Below, in pieces: positions 55,077-64,000 of a stretch of DNA of 64,000 bases. A model generated the notes under the pieces. That model made no database searches and was not told where the DNA came from. It saw only the letters and a list, made by a program, of their open reading frames with translations. Source of the stretch: Neocallimastix sp. 'constans' (taxonomy: Eukaryota); NCBI GenBank assembly GCA_050613775.1, contig JBODTK010000154.1:248001-312000 (forward strand). The letters are read 5' to 3'. A program made the translations under genes and the position numbers. Position 1 is the first letter of the stretch. Each line of letters starts with the position of its first letter.

Positions 55077-56100
55077 AAAAAAAAAAAAAAAAAAAAAAAA
55101 AATATGCAAAGAACCTCACTTTCAGATTACAGGATTTCCATTTAAAGGAATTCTTATTCCAGATTAGGATTTGAATTGACAATCTGAAAGAAATTATGGT
55201 CTTCTCCTTCAGGGGTATTGGCCCTACTACTTGTCTTTATTTTCAGCGTTGACGCTCATGGTTAGTTTACACAATTATTGTTGGAATAGCAATCCTTGTT
55301 TAATACTAGCCCTAGGCATAATTTGGTATAATTTCTGTAAAGAGAGCCTCAGATCGCACTAAGAATGGTATTTTAGAATAATAACCGGAAATGATTTGGT
55401 TATTAAATAAAACATACCATTCCATTTTATAATTTAAATCAATAATGTATGTATCTCTTCCACCAAGAAGGGAGTTGTATACTCGGTATTACGTCACACA
55501 TATAATTACACACTCATTATTCAGAAAAATACAAATATTGACACATTTATTACCATTTGACCTATTCCATACATTATGAGTAACTATAGTATTATTTTAA
55601 CTATCACTAATATTAATATTCCAATTTTCACTATCAATACTATTATTATTATTCTTAACAATATTATTACTATTGTTATTATTAATATTATAAATTCGTT
55701 ACTGCTGTCAAAATATACTTGATTCTATATTATTCATATCTGTGCCAACAGCATTTCTATTACTATTTGATGTTGGAAAATATTTGATAATTATATAAAT
55801 TTTTTCATAAATAATTTCAATATTCATGAAATATTTCATTCGAAATTCAAGGGAAAAGATAACACTTAGAAAACCATTGTTCTAATAGAGGATTACTATT
55901 TTCTCTATAATGACAAGGTCTCTGTTCTGGAGAATTGTCTTAAACCATTTTGTCAGCTTTGGCAACACAAACATCGAATTTATATCTATATCTGGTACGA
56001 AATACCTATGGGAAACCAATGCTATATTCAGGATACTTAAAGTTGAAATTTAATTAGTTTCTAGTTTTCGCAAATTCATTTTACTTATATAGACTTAATT
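55077..56100 (-). mobile_element. Degenerate 3' end of a non-LTR retrotransposon (LINE), ending in a sense-strand T26 run
   Basis: Minus-strand remnants NEFAKTRN*LNF/KYPEYSIGF.*VFRTRYRYKFD, a decayed Cys-knuckle region (PCH), an Asn-rich tract, then YNSLLGGR. These are followed by a GC-richer 3' segment and the A26 run at 55077-55102 on the plus strand. Confidence 0.65.
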
Positions 56101-56756
56101 GATTTTCTAAAAAAAAAATAAGAAATTTTATTTTTAACAAATTTATATTTATATTTATTTCTAAATCTAATAATAATTTTTTTAATTAATTTATTTATAT
56201 AAAATATATTAAATAATATTAAAAATTTTTTGGAGTTAAATTACAACAATATAAATGCCATATTACGAAATGTAACTTTCCGAAATGCAACACATTCATT
56301 AATTTTATGCATTTATTTCTTATTTAGGAGAACCAATAGTTCATTTTACATAAATAGAAATAATCATTCTTTACACAACAAATTTATGGAAATTGAATAT
56401 CTTGACAATATTTCTCTTTGTTCAAGAAAAAGTTCAGGGAACACTATCACTATCTTACAAATGTTACTTCTTTAATTTTATTTTATCTAATGTATTTGAT
56501 TGAAATGATTTGAATTCCCATACTTTTAAAATATTCATTATATTTTCATTTTCGTTAACTTTATTTTTTATTAGACTTAATTTTTAAAAAATATATTTTA
56601 TTTAAATCTTTTTATTTATACATTTTTTTATTTGCTATTTCGATATTTATAAATTAAATGAATTGATAATTTATATTTAATATTTTAATTCTTAATCAAT
56701 CCTACAATAAATTATCTTTAGTTTTTTTATTTATTTATTTATTTTTAATGAATGTG

Positions 56757-57570
56757 ATAAATATGGAATCTCAAATGGAGATAAATGTTGCTGTGAAGGT
56801 CTCTTTGTAGATGACATAGTGTTATGTACTCCAACATGACCTCAACTTAGGAAATTGTTAAAATTATCAAGTAAGTGGACTAAAAATAATGAAATGTTAA
56901 TTTGATATCAATAAATGTTTAGTAGTACGAGGGGAAGTTTTAAAATTTCTTAATGAAAAATATCCTACCTTTTATCTTTTAAGACAAGAGTTACCTAAAA
57001 CTAATTGCTATACTTGCTTAGGTGTACCGTTTTTCAAATGATTACGAATTGAAACCTGTCATACAGAGAATGAATAATAAAGTTAGAAATGCACTATATT
57101 CCATTAAATGATTTCTTAAGAATTTTCATATTCCTATCCCTCATAAAAGAATATTATTTTCTGCTATAGTAATTGGTAAAGTTTCGTATTATGAATCTTT
57201 GCTTGGATCAAATAAAGAAAGAACAAGAACTACATAGACACTAGTTAATACAGAATTATACTGGATTGAAGCATTTTCTAATGGAAATAGCTTTACATCT
57301 CTTTACTGTGCTTCTAAAGAACATAACATTCCTCCTCTTTCGGCGGAATGTGCGATTTATAAGGTAAGATGTTTTAAAAAATGGAAAAACTCGAATTGTA
57401 TTATCTCTGTTTTACTTTGAGAGACATCACTTTATCGACATAATACATGAGATAAAGAAAGTAAAATTTTAGTAGACAAATTAGATAAATTTCCATCAAA
57501 AAAAGCATTTGTAAACTTTTACTGGAATAGAGACATGGCTAATAACTTTACAACAAAAAAGACCGAATAA
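56757..57570 (+). mobile_element. Degenerate LINE reverse-transcriptase fragment (motif C to thumb)
   Basis: GLFVDDIVLCTPT*PQLRKLLKLSSKWTKNNEM../INKC, then ELPKTNCYTCLGVPF, IGKVSYYESLLG and KEHNIPPLSAECA; contains stops and frameshifts. Confidence 0.85.
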
Positions 57571-57689
57571 ATATTAATTTATTTATTATAAATAATTAAA
57601 TTTAAATAATAAAAATAAATAATACATAATTAATAAATAATCAAATATAAATAATAAATAATTAAATATAAATAATAAATAATAAAATA

Positions 57690-58074
57690 TCAATATTAAA
57701 TAATTAAAAATAAATAATAAATAATTAAAAATAAATAATAAATAATTATATAAATATTTTATTTCTAGTATATAATAAATAATTATAAATAAATAATAAA
57801 TAATTATATAAATATTTTATTTTCTAGTATATAATAAATAAAATATCAATAATAAATAATTAAAAATAAATAATAAATAATTATATAAATATTTTATTTT
57901 CTAGTATATAATAAATAAAATATCAATAATAAATAATAAATAATTATATAAATATTTTATTTTCTAGTATATAATAAATAAAATATCAATAATAAATAAT
58001 TAAAAATAAATAATAAATAATTATATAAATATTTTATTTTCTAGTATATAATAAATAAAATATCAATAATAAAT
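57690..58074. repeat. Minisatellite of ~50-80-bp units sharing AATTATATAAATATTTTATTT(T)CTAGTATATAATAAATA, 5 copies
   Basis: CTAGTATATAATAAATA recurs at about 57765, 57824, 57901, 57964 and 58041. Confidence 0.9.
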
Positions 58075-58075
58075 A

Positions 58076-58700
58076 CCTCCTGATGCAATAATGTTTAATG
58101 AAATTCCTGATGAATCAATATATTATAAAACAGTAAAAAATGAAAATTTTATGATATTCAAAAATCTAAATTTAATATTCTTCCAATCACCTTTCCAAGC
58201 AAAATTATTTATGAAATAAAATGAAGATATATATGCAGATGATACTTTTTTATTGCACCTAAATTTACTTATCAAGTGTTCATTACTAAAACTTATATTA
58301 AATAGTTTTTATACTAGATTTTTTCTGTATTAAAAAATAATGAAGTAAAATATAATAATATATATTTATTATAAAGTGATTTCGAATTTACCTTTTGTAA
58401 TTATTGAATATATAATTGATGTTTATAGTAAAATTAGGTGTGAAACAAATAATAATAACCAATTTTTGAAAATTTAAGAATATTTTTAAAAAAAAATATT
58501 TAAAAAATTGTAAAAATTGGAATTATTATAACAATATAAATCATATAACAAATAATTCATTAGAATCTTTCAATAATTATTTAAATAATATTTATTTTCA
58601 AAAAATCCTTCTTTTTATAAATTAATATATGTATTAAAAGAAGAAGAATATTTATCTTATAATGATTACAAAAGGAAAAATATAGGAATTTAAAAATAAA
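58076..58700 (+). mobile_element. Decayed Mutator-like (MULE) transposase
   Basis: FFQSPFQAKLF.*NEDIYADDTF/IAPKFTYQVF (DGTF..AP..F.Q motif), a DFE remnant at ~58378, and WNYYNNINHITNNSLESFNNYLN (W...TNN..E.FN motif); contains stops, frameshifts and deletions. Confidence 0.8.
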
Positions 58701-59829
58701 AAAGAATTATGAAATCAATATTTTAATTGAAAAATACTAAACTATAGAAACCAAATTAATTGATAATGAAAGACCTAGAAATTATATTATTGAATTATGG
58801 TTTAAATGATTAATTTAAATATATTAACACTGATTTATAATAAATGAAGGAGTAATAGTCAATTGAAAAAAAAAAAAAAAATTATCAGAATTCTGTTGCA
58901 ATCATTATTACATTATTAATAAAAAAAATTATTCTTAAATTAAAAATCGATAATTGTTCAAAATTTTAATATATTTTAATATTTTTTTTATTAAATTTTT
59001 AAAAATAAATCTTTATCATTAAATATTTTTAAATAATTATTTGATATTATTATTATTATTTAATATTTTTATTAATAACTTCTATATCTTTATCATTAAT
59101 TTTATGAATACTATAAAACAAATTTTCTATTAAATATTTTTATTTTTATATTTCTATAAATAATTTTCATACTATAAAACAAAAGCTTTCTATTAAAATG
59201 TATAATAAAAATAATATTAAATATATTTTTATTAATAATTTTTGTATCTATATCATTAATTTTATGAATATTATAAAATTAATAAACATGAAGGTTAAAA
59301 AAAAAAATTTTTTTCTAAAACTTTTATTTAAATATTTATTCTTAAAGAATATTTTATTTTTAAAAAATATTTTATATATATATTTAATTTAAAAATTTTA
59401 TAATACTTTTAATTTTTATATAGTATAAAGATTAATTTTTCTTAAAGAATTATTATTTATAAGAATATTTAAAGAATATATACATATATATATATATTTA
59501 AGATATATATGCTTTTTTAATTTTTAAAAAATTTTATTTATTTATTTTATTTTAAATACTTTTATAGATTTCAAGAAATTTTTTTTTTTTTTTTTAAATA
59601 TATAATGAAAATTTCAAAAATTTTTTTATATATATTTGTTTAAAAGATATATCAAACTTTTAATTTTAGTTTTTTATAGATATAAAAAATATTTTATTTT
59701 TAAAATTATTTAAATAATATTTTTTTTATACTTTTAAGATGTATAAACCTTTTTAATTTTTAAATATTTTTTCATTCTTACTTTAAATACTTTTTATAGA
59801 TTTCAAAGAATATTTTATCTTTAAGAATA

Positions 59830-59861
<32 letters not shown>

Positions 59862-60670
59862 AAAATCTTTACCCTAATTTGACATTATTTATTAAAGTTT
59901 ATTTATTAATTAATTTATTAATTTATTTATTTATTAAAATTTTCAAATGCCACATTTTCAGAAATTCATATTTTCCGAAATTTTACTTCCAAAATTATAT
60001 AATTATATAAAAATTTTATATAAATATTATTATAAATAATTTATATATAAAAAAACTATACATAAAACTATTATAATATTTATTTATTTATTTATTATTA
60101 TTATTATTATTTTTTTTTCCAAATCTTCAAAAATAAATAAACTTCTTGTAAACAATTGATTACTCCTAAAATCATATTAATAATAATTCATTATAACTAT
60201 TTTAAATCAAAGAAATATGAAATTGTTTAATTTATATTTTAAAAAAAATAATTATCTATTTTTAAACATCGAAAAAAATAACATAAATATTTATTTTAAA
60301 ATATGTAAAAAAATATTTATTTATTTATTTTAAAATATGGAAAAAAAGAAATTATTTATTGTAACATTAAAATATTATATTTATTATAATTCATTATTAT
60401 TTTATATTACAGAATTTTATATACCAAATAATGATAATAAATGAATAAACAAATTAAAAAAATTTTTTTTATAGTATTTTTTATATGTAATTTTATTTAA
60501 TTAGTATATTAATTTCATATATTTAAATACAATTTAATAATAAATAAAAATTTATATATATTTATCAATTAAATATATACTTATTCATTATTATTAAAAA
60601 ATATTTTTTTATTAAAATAAAAATGGTCTAATAAATTTCTGATACATATCATTAAATTTATTAGATTTGC

Positions 60671-61723
60671 TTAGTACCAATTGTGCCAGCCATTGTTGTT
60701 GTTACCCCAATTGTTCCATCCATTATTGTTGTTGTTGTTCCAGTTGTTCCATCCATTGTTGTTATTGTTGTTATTGTTGTTGTTCCAGTTGTTCCATCCA
60801 TTGTTATTATTATTATTGTTGTTGTTCCAATTGTTCCATCCATTGTTATTATTATTGTTGTTGTTCCAATTGTTCCAATCTCCATTATTTCCAGCATTAG
60901 CATTAGCATTAGCATTAGCAGCTGGAGCTGGAGCTGGAGCTGGAGCAGCAGCATTACCAGCATTACCGGCTCCTCCATTTCCTTGTCCAATGTAAACTTT
61001 AGCATATGGGAAATCTGCTGTACCACTAGTACCTGCTCCGTTACTACCAGCTTCTCCTAATACTTTAGCTTCATGTAAATTACCCATTCTCATACCAAGT
61101 TTTTCCCAATGTTCAAAGTGTGCTGTAATATCAATAGTACCACAATCACGAGCTTGTTGACGAATACTGAAGTATTGTTTGAAGTTAGTATCTCCATCAA
61201 TAGATGGTCCGAAACGATCATTTTCAAAAACAGTGTAAGTAGCTCCATCAATCATATAGTCTCCATGTTTTTTATTACCAACCCAATCACCTGGACGATA
61301 TTGACTAAGCCAGTTATCAACAATGTAAAATTCAACAAGTGGATTTCTAGTCCAACCATAAATACCAACATAAGAGTAATCGACATTGGAAATGTTTTGT
61401 TTAACAAGCTTGAAATCGGCATACATGTGTCCAATTTGTGAATGTGGCTTAGTACTGTCAAATGAAAGACCGGTACGACATAAGTAATCCTTAGAACCTT
61501 GGAATGAACAAGTGAAAGAACCGTCAGAGTAGAAAGTAGCACTGTTATTACCACCATCAGCCCATAATTCATATCCAATACCACCAATGGATCCTACCTT
61601 ATTGTTGGTTTCCTTAATACTTGTTCCTGAGTGTTGAGCACTAGAACAGAAACTTTGAGCAGAAACTAAAGAAGCAGCTAAAGAAAAAGCAAATGGAATA
61701 ATTTGTTGGAATTTCATTTTCAA
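60671..61723 (-). CDS. Secreted endo-1,4-beta-xylanase, GH11, intronless, with an Ala/Pro linker and Asn/Trp repeat tail and no dockerin
   Basis: Signal peptide, GIYGWTRNPLVEFYIVDNW (nucleophile Glu), PSIDGDTNFKQYFSIR and EAKVLGEAG (acid/base Glu). The N-terminal FCS..HSG...GYELWAD resembles Neocallimastix XynA domains. Confidence 0.96.
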   Translation of the reverse strand: MKMKFQQIIPFAFSLAASLVSAQSFCSSAQHSGTSIKETNNKVGSIGGIGYELWADGGNNSATFYSDGSFTCSFQGSKDYLCRTGLSFDSTKPHSQIGHMYADFKLVKQNISNVDYSYVGIYGWTRNPLVEFYIVDNWLSQYRPGDWVGNKKHGDYMIDGATYTVFENDRFGPSIDGDTNFKQYFSIRQQARDCGTIDITAHFEHWEKLGMRMGNLHEAKVLGEAGSNGAGTSGTADFPYAKVYIGQGNGGAGNAGNAAAPAPAPAPAANANANANAGNNGDWNNWNNNNNNNNGWNNWNNNNNNNNNGWNNWNNNNNNNNNNGWNNWNNNNNNGWNNWGNNNNGWHNWY

Positions 61724-62698
61724 ATAATTTTCCTTTTTTTTTTTTTTAATAAAAATAAATAAATATTTATTCGAAAGTTATTAATTAATCAATAATCAAT
61801 AATTAATATGTACTATATATATTCAACCAGTGAAATATAAATTTATATAATACAATTTTTAATATTTTTTATTGCAAAAAAATATATTAAAATGTTAATG
61901 TTAATTTTGTAATTGAGAAGAAATTTTTAAATCTTTAAATACTTTTTTTTTTTAAAGATAAAAAATAAAAAAAATAAATTAAAAAAAAAAAAAAAAAAAA
62001 AATCGTGGTATAAATTTATATTATTTTATTAAATATTATGTAACTATTTATTATAAACATATTAAATTTAATAGATTCAAAACTTTCAATATAATAATAT
62101 TTATAATTTTGTTTCATTTTTTTTTTTTTATGTTTCGCTCTACTACTATATTTTAAATAAAAACTATTTACATTTGAAAAGTATTATTCTGTTAATATAA
62201 TTATAATATATAAAGTTAAAATTTTAATTTAAATTAGATTAATTTTTATTAATTAATTTGGTCAATTTCTTAGTAATAAATTGGATAAAAAGTAATTCTA
62301 TTAATTATTAAATTTAAATATTTAAAAACAAGCCGTTTTTTTTTTATTTTTTTATCTTTTTTTTTTTAATTTTTAAGTAATAAAAATTTTATATCCCATT
62401 AATCTATATAGTAAAATGTATGAAATATTATGTTATAAATTTCACTTTTATAAATATTTTTATTTTTTTATGTAATGTTATTTCACATTAAAATAAAAAA
62501 TAAAAGGTTAAAAAAAAATTCATTTATATTTATTTATTATTAAATTTTAAAGTTTGTTATAGTTAAAAATTAAAATTAAAATCAATTTCATTGTTATTTA
62601 ATTATATATAAAATATATAAAATAAGAATATGTATAAAAGATAAAAAAAAAAAAAATTATATAAAATTTTTTTATTGTTGAAAGATTTTTAAATAAAT

Positions 62699-63165
62699 AA
62701 AAAAAAAAAAAAAAAAAAAAAAACATAGACTTGCACATATGGGTACCCATCTCCCATATGGCCATACAGTTATTAATTAACTGTAAGGTGATGAGTTATT
62801 GGCATACTGTATCAGCTTCGCCGCTCTCAATCGTCGTTACACACTGCCCGGAGATGCATTCCTAACGTTCCTACATATATCTCTAATGACCACGAGCATC
62901 AGAACGGAACCATTAACTCCTCCCTAGTGGGTGTAATCATTGGCGATTGGAAATTTTACAATCATCAAGGTCTATGCTTCAATTCAAAGCGTAGTATCAG
63001 GGATGGGTGAAATAATCATTTGAGGGAAAGCCTTACGGACATCACGTGTGGTCTCATGATATCCCAGGATAGAAACCTCATCCGATTATTTGGTGCCATG
63101 CCGAGGATTCGAACCCCGCCCTCTACAGTGACCTGTATCGTCCTAACCGACTGGACCAACATGGC
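62699..63165 (-). mobile_element. tRNA-derived SINE-like element with a poly(T) tail and a 14-bp target-site duplication
   Basis: ATTTTTAAATAAAT is exactly repeated at 62685-62698 and 63166-63179. The element has a tRNA-like head, a ~370-bp GC-balanced body and a T25 tail on the tRNA strand. Confidence 0.88.
63091..63165 (-). pseudogene. tRNA-like head (Pol III A and B boxes) with an encoded CCA and a non-canonical anticodon loop
   Basis: GCCATGT-TG-GTCC AGTCGGTTA GGAC-G-ATACA GGTCAC TGTAG-AGGG-CGGGG TTCGAAT CCTCG-GCATGGC-A-CCA. Acceptor, D and T arms pair; the anticodon loop cannot be drawn as 7 nt. Confidence 0.8.
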
Positions 63166-63677
63166 ATTTTTAAATAAATTGATAAGAATGTACTAAATAA
63201 TGCATTCTTAATTAAATCTACGATTTATTTCTAATACATTATGTGTACATTATTATTTTTGTACTTTAATAAATTTTTAAATCCAAAGATCAAAAATTAA
63301 ATCAAATATTATATTAAACTTTATATTTTTATATTAAATCTTATATTAAAAGTAATATTTTTATATATTTAAAACTTATATTAGCAATATTAATAATAAA
63401 TCTTATTTTTTTTTTATATTAATAATGAAAATTTATATTAATAATATTTTTATATATTGATAATTAAAAATTTATATATTATATTTTAACTTTTTATTAT
63501 AAAATTTTATATCGAAATGTTTTATTTTATATTGAAAAATATTTTATTTTATTAAAAACCTTTATATTAGAATAGTATTTTTATTTTTATTTGAATATTT
63601 TAACAGATTGTAATAAAAATTATAGCCAATTAAATAAATTCTTATTAGTAATATTTTAGATATTTTTAAATAAATAA

Positions 63678-63730
<53 letters not shown>

Positions 63731-64000
63731 TTTTATTAATATTATAAATGTATTTTATTTATATTGTTATAATTAAATTTTATATAATTAATTATAAAAA
63801 TCAATTTAAATTTAATAGTTTTTATAAAAAAAAAAAAAAAAAATAAATAAAATGTAATTTAGTGGCAAGAACAACTTTTATGCCTTGAAAAAAGTATAAA
63901 TAGTTGTAAATTTTGCTACTAATTTTTAAATATCATCAAATAAATTTAATAAAATAAATAAATAAAATAAATAAATAAATAAAATTTGTGTTTCCTTACT

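Noticed and set aside
60661..61587. Overlapping alternative-frame and antisense ORFs in the xylanase
   Set aside because: They are by-products of the repeat tail and codon bias and have no recognisable domains.
62760..63090. Hammerhead or HDV/theta ribozyme in the SINE body
   Set aside because: No exact CUGAUGA...GAAA core with stems, and the segment after CCA is too short for the HDV P1-P3 topology as read by eye.
63091..63165. Functional tRNA (Asp-GTC, or Sec/opal suppressor via TCA)
   Set aside because: The anticodon arm only pairs with a 4- or 6-nt loop, there is no U33, no long Sec-type variable arm and no terminator right after the gene, and it lies inside a TSD-flanked element.

Overview
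Extremely AT-rich eukaryotic DNA with GT-AG introns and many homopolymer and microsatellite tracts. It is most consistent with an anaerobic gut fungus (Neocallimastigomycota), judged from composition and an intronless, bacterial-type GH11 xylanase of the Neocallimastix XynA kind. Eleven protein genes can be supported: an Avt1-like amino-acid transporter, a nucleoplasmin-domain FKBP (Fpr3/4-like, with micro-exons), a telomerase reverse transcriptase (TERT) split into about 29 exons and almost invisible in the ORF track, SGT1, a Sis1-type Hsp40, a TBC Rab-GAP, an ARF6-like GTPase, MKT1, BUD22, SYF1 and the GH11 xylanase. Mobile-element relics include two oppositely oriented LINE fragments, a decayed MULE transposase and a MITE. 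The most striking unannotated object is a 467-bp element at 62699-63165 (minus strand). It has a tRNA-derived Pol III head, a highly base-paired body, a 25-nt poly(T) tail instead of poly(A), and an exact 14-bp target-site duplication. The LINE relic in the window also ends in a sense-strand poly(T) run, which suggests a T-tailed LINE/SINE system. Two further candidate structured ncRNA loci are flagged, one containing the telomere-template-like 9-mer TAACCCTAA just upstream of TERT. Exon boundaries and base pairings were read by eye and may be off by a few bases.
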